A stretch of 64,000 nt of DNA, taken from Paraspadella gotoi (lineage: Eukaryota > Animalia > Chaetognatha). Made by a program: the position numbers and the translations under genes. Positions 1 to 20,680 of this stretch are shown in pieces (the first letter of the stretch is position 1; every line of letters starts with the position of its first letter). The notes under the pieces are model-generated. The model saw nothing but the letters and a program-made list of their open reading frames with translations. It was not told where the DNA came from and did not search any database. The stretch lies in contig CM119270.1 of the NCBI GenBank assembly GCA_051294375.1, forward strand, positions 7,323,773 through 7,387,772. Direction: 5' to 3'.

Positions 1-101
1 GCGAGTTTCAAGCTTTAAAAGCCGGTAAGTGAAAAACGAAGCTTTTTCGATCGTCGTTTTGTTTTGCTGCACGGCACTGTCGTAATTGCCCGGTTTCACA
101 G

Positions 102-9317
<9,216 letters not shown>

Positions 9318-10060
9318 TAGTATAACAACAACAACAACAACAACAATCCTGTTTCAATCTCCATCCAAGTCTCGAAACGTCTCCGTGGCAATCTCTATCT
9401 CTCCATCACATTCCTATAGTTTTCATTGACGGACTTTCGTTAATCCCTCTCCGCCCCCCCCCGTCTTTCCAAATTGCGACGAAAAATATCCGCTTCAATC
9501 TTTTTACGTTTTCGTCCGCGGTTTGAATGTCTTAATCAATATTTATGACAAATTCGATAAACTGTTTGTTTGTCGCTATTATTTTTAATTAATTTTTGCA
9601 ACCCCCGTTACGGTGGAAAACGAATTGATAGCCATATAAAAGTTGAGCCACTTTTTTTATTGATTTCTTACGTCGTTTCTTCGATTGTATTTATTTAGTT
9701 TCCATCGTTTCGATAGCCCAATTTTTTCTATAGTCTCGAGTAGGTTTTTTTCTCTCTCTCTCCTTTAATCGAAATTTCGTTTCTCTGTTTTCGCCTTCAT
9801 TGTTTGTTTTTAATCACCAATAGACCTCCAGTAGCCACGACCTATATGTTTTTGTTTTGCCTATTTAAATTAAAAAAGGTCCTTTCAAGCTCGTTAAATT
9901 CGTTCATTATCGGCACAACAGCACAACTTCAACAAAAACAGCCTTAGCCTTCGGGTTGAGTGAGATACTTACCTTAACTTATCGAAGTAATTCTCATTCT
10001 GATGTTTGTAAATTAATATTGAGTTGGTCTAAAATTTCGTTTTAATATTTACAATCCCAT

Positions 10061-10335
10061 GCAACGACTTGGAGAGTGGGCTCGCATTTGGCGAACCCTC
10101 TCAAGCCATTTGTTTCCTGGTCTTCGCAGCCGAGACCAGATGTCAGCATCGTCGATGACCTAAATGACTTTTGTTCGTCGCCGCCTCCTGGATGTCCCAA
10201 TTTCTCACGTCCGGACAGGACGAAACTCGAACCGGACACCTCGTCACGTAACTCAACACCTGTCGTCCTAAATCACAGCCCGTTGGTCCGTTATTGGGAA
10301 GGAGTCTGGTGAGAGAGGTGGAAAGAGCACTGCAA
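10061..10335. ncRNA. Intergenic GC-rich multi-hairpin element between CHD and TBC1D2
   Basis: Hairpins at 10068-10105 and 10117-10139, stems gtca/tgac and gtcc/ggac, and long-range ctcac/gtgag pairing. The overlapping ORFs have no recognisable product. Confidence 0.35.
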
Positions 10336-10699
10336 GTTGGAATACTTGTAATTATAAATTCTGCTGAGAAAGCTTGTTTCATTTCTGTGAGTCATCCTTT
10401 CCGGATTGTCTCGTGCTCGTCATGTGCAGCGACACAAGCAATTTTAATCGTAGTCGATTTGACTGATTTAAAACTCCGAAAAAAATTGTTATTATTTTAA
10501 TTTTTGAGTTAATAGTTGCTTTCCCTTCCCCTTTTAGATTTTTGTACCCCTCCCACTTCCTGTCCACGATGCCACGCCCACAAGTGCCTCTACCTTCTCA
10601 AACACTTACCTATATTATGATCGAGAATTCTCGGATCTCTTGAACAATTAAATTAATTGTGTTGTGTGAATTCGTTCAAGATCATTGACTATAGCTGGA

Positions 10700-10899
10700 A
10701 AAATTAAACGTCCCAGCCTGGGTTCGATTCGCGCACCTCCTTTTCCGGATCTCCCGCGGTGCCTTGGGAGGCCGCTCTGCGGCGCGCCAATCGATTGCCG
10801 AGCCCAGCACCGCGCGTTCGGCCCAGCACCTCGCCGTCCTCCGTCCTTATTTTATTTTTATTCTCGTTCCGTAAAATTTTCTACGGTTCCGCCCCAGCG
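10700..10899 (+). promoter_or_regulatory. Probable promoter/5' UTR of the TBC1D2-like gene
   Basis: CpG-rich island with a CCAAT box (ggcgcgCCAATcg) just upstream of ATG 10900 and the first donor (acag|gtaatt). Confidence 0.5.
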
Positions 10900-13800
10900 A
10901 TGATTCATTCCTCCACAGGTAATTTTCAAGTCGGCGTTTCGTGCTTTAAATCTCCTCGAGTATATTTTACGTCATTTAGTGACATGTGCGATTAAAAAAG
11001 AAAGCTGGTTTTGGTTTTTCTGAATTTCGTCTGCCTCGTTTTTGTATTTGTGAGTTAAAGCTTTGTTTTTGGAAAGGAAATAAAATTTCTCACCTAAATA
11101 TATTGTAATTGAACTTTTAAATTAAATGCCAAAGAGTAATATTAAAATCTGAAAGACGAGATAGATACTCATTAAACAAGGTAAAAACATGAAACTTTCT
11201 CCGAAAACTATGAAACTTCGTCGCCGCTCGTCCTCTTGTCCGTCTCTCTTTGACCGGTTCCTTCCTGTTCCGTCAGGTGGCGCCTCCGGACGCCCACCTC
11301 CCACGCCCACCCCTCTCTCCGCTTCCACCTTCACCACCTACGTGGACGAGTCCCCCAAACTCTGCGGTTTCCTTTTGAAGCAGAGCGACTCATCCGCCGC
11401 CAATTTCGCCGCCTCCAAAGCCGCTTCCGCCGCCGCCTCCTTCGGTAGAAACAACCATATTTACTATGTCGTGCGTTAACTAAATACTAATTAGCGTCCC
11501 TCGTTTCGATCCTCAGGACTGACCGCAAACGCTGGCCGTTTGCCCATGAGAAGAAAATGGTTTGTTTTTAACGAGACGACGTGCAGGTTTGTTCATCGGA
11601 TCATTCCATAACTATGTTCACTGTTCAGCCATTCGCCCAATCTGATCGTTGATCCTTTGACATGGCGAAATGACCTCACTCTCCCTCACTCTTCTCTCTT
11701 CGACCCTTACCTCCCATTCCTCTCTTTCTTCAGGCTCTACTGGTACAAATCCCCTTCCGACTTAGATCCTCTCGGCGAAGTGGACATCGCGGCGGCCTCC
11801 TTCGAAGTCGTCGTCGAAAATCCTAAAAACCTGGTCTCCTTTAGAATCAAGTCAGTGGGCGTGTGATGGTTGTTGTTGTTGTAGTAGTAGTTTGTTTTTG
11901 TCGTTGTTTTAAAAGCAATCGAAAAACTATCTGAGTGAACTTCATGACCACCCGCCTCTGTTCTTTTATCTCCTCTTTCTTACTCGCTCTTTTTCCTGGA
12001 GCTTATTTTGAGTAGGTACTGTATTTCTTCATTTCTTCTTTAACTTGGCCCTCTTTCTTTCTTCCCAGCACGCGCGAGCGCAGCTTGACCCTGGAAGCTC
12101 CGGATCGGAAGACGATGCTTTACTGGCTCCAGGAGCTCCAATCGCATCGTCAACGTCACGTGAAGACTTTGACGAGATCGAGCGCACTCGGGATCAAGAT
12201 TCCCGCGAGGCCGTCACCGAGGTGAGGAGAATTTGGAGAGAGGGGGGGCCCTGGGTAGGGGGCGATTGGGTCATCACAGAAAAAAATGGTCGAAACCGCA
12301 AAATTTTTAAAATTTACTGAAAATAAATATCGTTCGAGAAAATGTTTGTTTTTTTTTTTACGAATCCGATTTCGATATTTTATTCGTTTAAAAATTTTTG
12401 CGGTCATTTTTTTTAACCCATTCAAATTTTATTTCCCCGCTCTTTAGTTTACAATCTCGAAAATCAAAAGATTATTTCTTTTTCTCCTTCTTTCTCCTCT
12501 TTCCTTTTTACTGCCATCTCCACCTTTATCATTCTCCCTTAAGAATCCGCCGCAAAGACAATTCCGCCAAAGAGAACGCCGCCGACGCCGCTCCTACGAA
12601 AGACTTCGGCGCCGAATCTGCACAGCGCCGCTCCGACGGCACATTCGACGATCTCCTTCCTCGCGTTTCGGTGCCCATCGACTCTGTTGGCATCGGTAGC
12701 GCCATCCTGGGTCCCGCGGCGTCGTCCGGCGCGTCCTCCGGCGCTTTTGTTCGAAAGGAATCGCTCAGGGGCAAAGTTATGAAACTCCTTCCAGGAAGGC
12801 GGGGCGACGGCGGCGGCGGCAGCGTCGGTGGCGGCGGCGCCGCCGAGAGAAGAAGAGGTTCGGCTGGGATTCCGTCATCCGGTTCGGCAGAGACGGCGCG
12901 GGATTCGCCTCCGCCTTCGTCGTCGTCGTCGCCGCCGAATTTGATCGACTTTGGCGATGAAATTCCGTCGCCCGAAGTAGACGTCATTTCGCCGCCGATG
13001 GACGGAATTCGAATTCTTGCCAAGTGAGACCAAGGAGGTTGCTGTTGTTGCTGTGCATTTTTACTGGTTTCTGATTTTAATTTTTTTCTTTCCCTTGGTT
13101 TCCGATTTTTTTTTTTCTATTTCTGATGATCATCTTGCAAAGATGTCAGCCTTCCCGGTTTTTTCGAATACCAAATAATTGACTAGTATTTACTTTATAC
13201 AGTCCTGTGCAAAAAAAACGCGCCACTTTCTTTCAAACTTTAAAAATCATTTTATAAATTTAAATTTTTATAAATTTTATTAAAATTAGGAGCAATGATT
13301 TTTTAAAATAAAATATTTTACTGTAAAACTGATAGATTTAAGATTAATTTTTTTGGTTAATATTTTATAATACTTAAGTAGATTAAAAATATAAAAAAAT
13401 ATATTGGATATCCGGAGGGATAATTGGATTACCCCAGATCCTTAAATAATATTTTTAAGGTTATTTAAACATACGATAAAAGATAGGTTCATGATTTTAA
13501 AGGTTTTATACGGATTTTATATAGCTAAATTATCGGATAAAATGATTTCATATTTTGTACCCAGATAAAAAAATAATTGTTTTTTATTTTTTAAATTTTA
13601 TTAGTCCAGCTTGTTTACTTTGTTAATTATGTGCTCATCAATTGCATGATCGAATTTTAAAAAAAAGATTATATTTGAATATGTCCTTATTATAAAATAT
13701 ATTTTTATAAAAAAATATTTAAAATTTTGGCTTTTTTTACAGATATAAATATGTTTAGCAATTTGAATATCAAAAACTTTTTCACAACTATAATAAAAGT

Positions 13801-15738
13801 CTTTTTTATAAAGAGTCTGAAATTTAAAGTTATAAAGTGGCGCGTTTTTTTTTTTTTTTGCACAAGACTGTACTTTAATAATTTATGGACGAGTATTTGT
13901 GAATCATTATAGAGAATATCCAGTTTGATATCTGTAAACTATCTCCAGATCCCCCGATCTCCACCGTCGCGCTTTCGCCTCCGGCTCCGCCGCATCCGCC
14001 TCCGCCGCATCCGCCTCCGCCGCATCCGCCTCCGCCGACCAAAAAATCCCCATTCCGGATTCGTCTTCTTCGGAGGCGGCGTCGACCTCCTCGCTCCACA
14101 ATTCATCTTCGGCCGCCATCACCACGTCGGCTCCCAACGTTTCGTCCCCTTTGTCGGTCGCCAACGCGTCCTCCGTTATGTCGGCTCCCGTAGCCGCCTC
14201 ATCTTCCTCGTTGCCCGAAGCGTCAAATCAAAATTCTTTTACGACCGGTAAGGACTGTAAGCATTTTTTGAACCGAAGATTGATCAGTTTCGTAATTTTA
14301 TAATTAATGAGTGAATTGTGGCAGCAAGACTTAAAGCTGCCTCACTGCTGTCCATCCTCAGACTCGTCTCAATGGCTGAGCAGGATAAATCATCTCATTC
14401 CATCCGTGCGTCCCGGGTTCAATCCCCGGGTGTCCCGGTTCTGGCTTGAATGTGACGGTGCCGGTGTGAACATGCCAGTGGCGGGAGGCGGTCACTGGGG
14501 GTCCGCGGCCCCTGCGCCAGTTGGTGAGATGCCCCGCGCCCCGGGTGTCACAGGCTGTCCTCCCGTTGCCATAGAATCTCATTTGAAATGAACCACAAAT
14601 TATTCTGCTACATTTGTGGCGTCTAGTTAATTTAAGAAATCACTCATATATACTTTTCTCCCTTTAAGGGTTGTCCAATTTGTTCAAGCACAAAAACGTT
14701 TCGCCGTCCGCCTCCGCAAACAACGTGAGAGTTTAAAACAACCAAAAAGACAATGACTAATAAAAAGAGAAAATGAAAGGAAAAATACTAATTACTAATT
14801 ACTAAAATCAGCAAGTAACTTGAAAATTGTTATCAGAATTTGGGTGGCCTTTTTAGGTCGCATGATCTCGCCACACGGAAATAAACCTAATTGCTCCAAT
14901 CCAGTTTTTCCCTCCTTTCAACTGCTACGCCCCATTTCTCCAGCTATCCCCCAACCTTCCCTGCCACCGCTGCGCCGCTCTCTCATCCGAACTCTCCGCC
15001 GCGCGGCGCGAGATCGAGTCTCTACGCGACGAACGCGAGGCGCAGCGCGACTGTCACGCAATCTTGACACAGCAGCTCGAATTTCAGCAGCGAAAGCTCG
15101 ATGCCCGCGACGCCGTGGACGACCCTAGTGAGAAAAAGGGATAATTCCATTTCCATAATTAATTTTTCAGGCTCGAATGTCCAATTTCCAACCTCCCCCC
15201 CTCTGCACCCCCCACCCCACCATCCTCTTCCACCTTTAATTCACTACCATTCTCACCTTCCATCGACACTCTTCGCTAGGTGAGTTCCGCCAATGGGTCG
15301 AGGACCGCGAGCAGGAGCTCCTCGACCTCCGCTCTGTCCTCCGCAAAAACCACGAAGATTTGGAGATTCGTCGTCGCCGCAACTCCGAGTTGGAGGCGGA
15401 GGCGAAGCGGGCGACGGAGAAGGCGGAGATGCTGATGGAGTTGGTCGAGTGCAAGGACGAGGTCGTCCGGAAACTCACCAATCAGCTCTTCGAGGCGGAG
15501 AGACGCGTCGAAGAGGTAGGTTTATTATAGCTACTTCTTTCCTCTCGTTCTTATCTATTTCTGGCCTTTTTCTTCACTATTTTCTTTGTATTTATCTTCG
15601 TGTTTTTTTAATCAAAAACCTTATTTCAACTTCCATTTCTTAATACTTTCCTTCATTTGTCACAGATTTTTTCCTCCCACACAATTTTCTTTTTATATTT
15701 ATTTCTCGCTCGTCGCTCTCTCTCTCTGCTGCTTCTCT

Positions 15739-15772
<34 letters not shown>

Positions 15773-16460
15773 CTCTCCTCTCTTGGGAGCCGGTAATCTT
15801 CCTTTTAGACCCGTGGAATCGAGACTACCCCCGCCCCCTCAGCCGCCGCCCTTCGACGCCCTCCCCCCTAACGTCTTCCGCCCACGCTCTCCGTCGCTTA
15901 ATCTTTTTTTTTCGCCGAAACTTCAGTTAAGCGGAAGTCACGCCCACGCATCGGGCTCCTCCCCCGGCGCCGTTCCTGTCGCCGCTTCTCCCGGCGCCGC
16001 AGCCGCTGCCCCCGTCTCCGGCACGTGCGATCACTGCGAGGCGCAGTTGGTCGACCTGGAGATGGAACTCGCCGCCTATAAATTTCAGAATCAGGTGGAG
16101 GGAGGATGAGGTGTGGGGAGGAAGTTGGAGGGGAAGTGGGGGGGAAGTGTGAGTTAGAGAGCAGTGGGGATGAATATAACGAAAAGGATGAAAAAAGTTA
16201 GTAAGGAAGGAAGGTGTTAAATTTAAATAGAAACATGGACTTCGGGATTTCTGTTGTATTAAAGAAAAGTATTCTTTATAACTTTAATGCATTTTCTTTT
16301 GTCGCATATTATTTTCTCCCACAAAATTTCTTTTTACATTTTAAACTCTTCTCTCTCTCTGCTCTCTCTCTCTTTCTTTCTCTCTCTCACACTCTTTCTT
16401 TCTCTCTCTTCTTTCTTTCTCTCTTCTCCTCTCTCTCTTCTCCTCTCCTCTCTCTCTCTC

Positions 16461-16491
<31 letters not shown>

Positions 16492-19173
16492 CTGCTCCCG
16501 ACCGTGGAGACAAGTCGACTCTTAAAGACGAGAAAAAATTAACTTTTTAGGTTTGCAACAAGGAGATTTTGGAACAGAATCAACTGCGGACTGACCTGCA
16601 CGATTGGGGTCGCCAGCTGTGCGAACAGCTCATTGAGCTGGAGGCCAAACTTTGCCAGGCCAAGAGCGAGAGAGACTTTCTACTCAACGAGAGGAAAAAG
16701 GAAATGGGACAAAAATCATGTGAGCTTTGAATGAGGCAAGGGGGAGGCAGCTATGAGAAAAAGGAAATAGGAAATAAAATGGTAAAAAGAAAAAAGGAGT
16801 CATAAGTCGGATATGAGAAATGTAAGCAAAAACCATTTATTTTTACTCATAAGTGTGTCTGTGTCTGTGATATATCATCAATTTTAAAATTGTATATTGT
16901 TATTAAACAACATTTGCAAGTTTTTTCTTTCTCCGCAGTCGATGGATCCCCGACCTCGACGGACGACGTCTTGGAGCGGATGATCGAGGACGCGATGAAC
17001 GAGGTCGTCGTGGACGAGCGTCTACAGGATACCGCCATCTCGAAGACGTTGCAGAGACAGACGGAAGTCCAGTCACCGTAAGGGATCATGATCATGTTAA
17101 AGATTATAGTAGTTGTGCTACTTGTTGTCCGTTTTATCCCTATTTTATCATTTCATTCATGCATTTCACTACAATTCATATCAATTCACTTTGATCTTGC
17201 CTAACCTTACCTTTTCATTTTTTTAGCAATGGCCTTTATTACGACGACTATGGATTCCTCAAAGGGCAGAGCGCTTCATCTCCGACGAAGGACGACGAAG
17301 AGCTGTTGACCAAAGCCAAGTCGTACGATATGTATTCAAGAGATTTGCAGGTCAGCGTCTGCTATGCAGCAGCAACACGACAGCGCAGGATCGAATTATC
17401 ATCTTTTCGCTGACAGGATTCTCTCGGCGAGCCGGGCGATTACGAGGTCTCTTGCCGAGTCAAGTGGGAAAACTTCATGGCTTCACAGTTGGCGATGAAC
17501 GGAGGAGAAATTGTGAGATCTCCGGAGCTCAAGCTGCTCGTCCGCATGGGCATTCCAAATCAGTACAGGTGGGAAAAGTCAAACCACGACTGGACATGAT
17601 AGCGACAGTTGGTCAACACCTTGTGTCTTGTCGGCAGATGGTGCATCTGGCGTTCCTGCATCAAAAACTGGCTCAGCGTCAAGGACGAAGACCTGGGAGG
17701 GGAATCTTGGGCCTCCAAAATTGGGTCCTCTTACTACAAGGACCTCGTCGACTCTTGCTCCTCCGACAAACCGTGCTCCACTATAACGAGGTATAAAAAA
17801 AAACGGATGATCGTTAAAAATTTAAAAAAAAAAATTCTTATTTATTCAGTTTATTTTCCAATTCTGCATATTTTACTCGTCCTACCCCAACGTCCCCGAC
17901 TGACCTTTCCCTCACTCTCCTTCAATTTCCAGAGACGGCACCCTCACCAGCGGAGCAATCCTCCATCCGCTCGACAAGCAGATCGAGCTGGACCTCCTCC
18001 GCACTCTCCCCAACAATCGACGCTTCTCCTCCAGCGGCTCCGAGATAATCGAAAAGTTGCGTCGAGTGTTAAGGGCCTTCGCCCGGCACAACATCTCCGT
18101 CGGGTATTGCCAGGTCAGTCAAGGGGAGGAGGGTCTGCACAAGCTACCAAAACGGATATATCATGATTATTGATATCTTTTCAGGGCATGAATCGACTAG
18201 CGGCGATTCCCCTTCTCGTCCTCCCCGACGAAGAAGACGCCTTTTGGTGTCTCGTCGCCATCGTTGATCACGTGATGCCTGAGTCTTACTTTTCCAGCGC
18301 CCTGGTCGCAGCGCAGGCGGATCAGAGGGTGCTGAAGGTGAGGAGCGCCGGAGCATGGTGGGTGGAATCCTAAAATTCAAAATTTTGTCACTGTCTTCGT
18401 TTATTGTTCGGTCAATCTCTCTTTCCTTCCTTTCCTTCTTTCCTTGTTTTCTTTTTTTCCTTCCTTTCTTTCCTTTCATTCCTTTCATCTTTCCTTTCCT
18501 TCTTTCGTTTTTGCAGGAACTCCTCTCGGAAAAGTGCCCCCGACTGGCGAATCATCTGGATCGCCTATCCGTCGATCTTTCTCTCTTCACCTTTAACTGG
18601 TTTCTCTGTCTCTTCGTCGACACGATTCCGCCCGAGATCTACTTTAAGATTTGGGACGCCTTCCTCTACGAGGGACCCAAGGTTAAAGAGATGGTCATAC
18701 GGACAGAGAAAGCTGATACCGAAAAATTCTCTCATCATAAAGGGACGTAATAAAATGCTTTTTAAAGGTTCTATTTCGATTCGCTTTGGCGTTTCTGAAA
18801 ATCCACGAAGAGGTCTTGTTGGCAGCGAGCGATTACATCGCGGCCTGCGCCATTCTACGTTCCATGGGTAAGTTTCTTCGGTCCAGGGATAAACTGGTAA
18901 ATTAAATGTGAAGTATTGGGCTATCCTCTGATCGCCTTCGATTTCAGGCGAGGACGTGTTGACCACCGACTGGCGCGCCCTCTCCCACGTCGCCTTCGAG
19001 ACCCTCAATCCTTTCCCGTTGCGCAATATCAAGAAGAGTCGGAAGCAGTGCCTGGCGCAGGTCCGCGCAGAGCTAGAAGAGCTGGAGGCGATCAGGCAGA
19101 AGTACAGGCGGGGAGAGGCAAGCGGGGGGAGAAGAAAGGGGAAAACCTGTCGGAGAGCGACGAGGAAGGATGA
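10900..19173 (+). CDS. TBC1D2: TBC1 domain family member 2/2B-like Rab GTPase-activating protein (PH, coiled coil, TBC)
   Basis: PH domain KLCGFLLK...RKWFVF...LYWYKSP..PLGEVDIAAASF...LEAPDRKTMLYWLQELQ; coiled-coil exons; YDDYGF; ELKLLVRMGIP; TBC motifs KQIELDLLRTLPNN, VGYCQGMNRLAA, EEDAFWCLVAIV, DQRVL, FTFNWFL, IWDAFLYEG, VLFRFALA; tail VRAELEELEAIR. Start exon is 10900-10918. The stop at 19173 assumes a frameshift near 19110-19130 (see findings). Confidence 0.92.
13200..13870. mobile_element. Tc1/mariner-type MITE in a TBC1D2 intron
   Basis: TA|CAGTCCTGTGC-A8-CGCGCCACTTT (13200-13229) and AAAGTGGCGCG-Tn-GCACAAGACTG|TA (13834-13870): terminal inverted repeats with CAGT ends, TA target duplication, and an AT-rich non-coding interior. 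Confidence 0.88.
14316..14574 (+). mobile_element. Structured SINE-like repeat, copy A (tRNA-like A/B boxes plus twister-like 3' domain)
   Basis: Intronic. A box TGGCTGAGCAGG at 14373 and B box GGTTCAATCCC at 14416. Shares GACGGT..GCCAGTG..GTCAC..GTGAGATGCCCC..TCACAGG..TTGCCATAG with the copy at 21512. The ends pair (ttgtggcagc/gttgccatag). Confidence 0.7.
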
Positions 19174-19183
19174 TGAGGGAGGC

Positions 19184-19189
<6 letters not shown>

Positions 19190-19258
<69 letters not shown>
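19190..19258. repeat. (AG)n microsatellite just after the TBC1D2 coding end
   Basis: Direct reading of the sequence. Confidence 0.95.
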
Positions 19259-19262
<4 letters not shown>

Positions 19263-19606
19263 TTGTGTGTGTGGTGTCTGAGTGCGAAAGTACTGCGAGA
19301 GCGCATATATTTACGCTTTGTTAAATTATTTCAATTTACTCATTTTTTTTATGTCGTTAATTAATCCTGGCGATAGTTTCGCTTTTTTATTAGAAAAATT
19401 TCGCCGTTCGATCCGCATCCTGGTGATGTTCAATTGTTCATTTGTTAATTCGCTTAATTTTTTTGTGGTATCTCCATTGTTAAAAATTTAAAAAAGAGGA
19501 AAAAAAAACAAAAAAAAATCTCTAATAGCCGATTTTTTTTTATAAGTATAAGTTGCCTTTTAATGCAGTCGTTTTTTAGGTTTAGATTGTATTCTCGAGT
19601 TGTAAT

Positions 19607-19612
19607 AATAAA
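19607..19612 (+). terminator. Probable polyadenylation signal of TBC1D2
   Basis: AATAAA at the end of a T-rich 3' UTR-like stretch. Confidence 0.45.
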
Positions 19613-20439
19613 AGTTCCTCGCCGGTTCTTCGACCCTTTTCCGCTTCAATGAGCTCAGGTTTCCACGAGAAGCGACGGGGAAACGACCGGATCCCATTCA
19701 AGCGGAAACGAAGTCGACAATGCGAGGTGTCGACGTTGGAGAAGTGTGCTTGACTTTTGGCTCAGAGCCGTACGACTTTATGATGCGTTTTCAATACGAT
19801 TAAAAAAATCGGGAGCAAGGGAAATTAATCCTGTAGGCAAAAATAATTTTAAAAATGTCAAAAACGTTCAAAATGTATGAAATCTGTGAACGCAATCGGG
19901 TTGAGAAAAAAGAGATAGTACGTATCTTCGTGGAAGATCCTATTTAGAAAGAATCTATTTTTACCTGAACATTCTTGAATAAAACAAAGGGAAAAAAATT
20001 GATTGATCCAAAGGTCGTGCAATGAATAAATAAAAAAGTTTTATTTAAAAATAGTTTTATTTGTATTTCCACTTTTGATGTTTTCTAAAGCTTACGTTTG
20101 GGTTGTTTTTATTATGTTGTTTGTCGCTCTCTGAAAACTAGTTCGTGAGCAGGATCAAAATTTTCGTTGATTTGTGGATTCAGTATGCCAATTTTGATAA
20201 AAATCAGAGCTTTGCCGAAGAAGAAATGATGACGGATTAAGTATTAAAATTGTTACGACGCCGCTAATAAAGTAATGAAAATTCACAAATGACGAATCGG
20301 AAGTTGTGAATCTAATAATTCTCGTTCCGTCAATCATATTTATCTCCGGTCTTCCTCCTCCTCCTCCTCCTCCTCTCCTCCCTCTTTCCATCTTTTTTCG
20401 TGTCCTCGCGTCAGGTTTTTCGCATTTATAACCGACAAG

Positions 20440-20680
20440 AAAGTCACGTCGCGAACAACAACAAAAGTCGCGCGCAGGGGCCAATGGGCGCGTCGCCTCT
20501 TCGTCGTCCAATCGGCGGCGTCTCGGAGAACGTTCGCCGGAAGTGACGCCTTCGCTTGCGTCACGCGATCGTCGCTGACGCCGGATTTATGGTAGCGCCG
20601 CTCCGTCGGCGGCGTCGGAAGCTACGCCCACCTCTCTCTCGCTCTCTCGTGCACGCGGAGTCTCTAATGACGCGTCGTCA
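20440..20680. promoter_or_regulatory. CpG-rich promoter-like island
   Basis: Two CCAAT boxes, an overlapping ETS/CRE motif CCGGAAGTGACG at 20537-20548, and further TGACG half sites. Lies about 2.3 kb upstream of ATG 22902. Confidence 0.55.

Noticed and set aside
9965-9974. ATACTTACCT, identical to the 5' end of U1 snRNA
   Set aside because: No U1 body or Sm site follows; better explained as a minus-strand splice donor.
10690-10735. B-box GGTTCGATTC as a tRNA
   Set aside because: No cloverleaf and no convincing A box.
14320-14355. HDV-like ribozyme (GGCAGCA/TGCTGTC as P1)
   Set aside because: No proper P3/L3 and no GG for P1.1 after the P1 3' strand.
14365-14436. Functional tRNA-Gly gene
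   Set aside because: Acceptor, D and anticodon stems do not pair; only the boxes and T arm remain.
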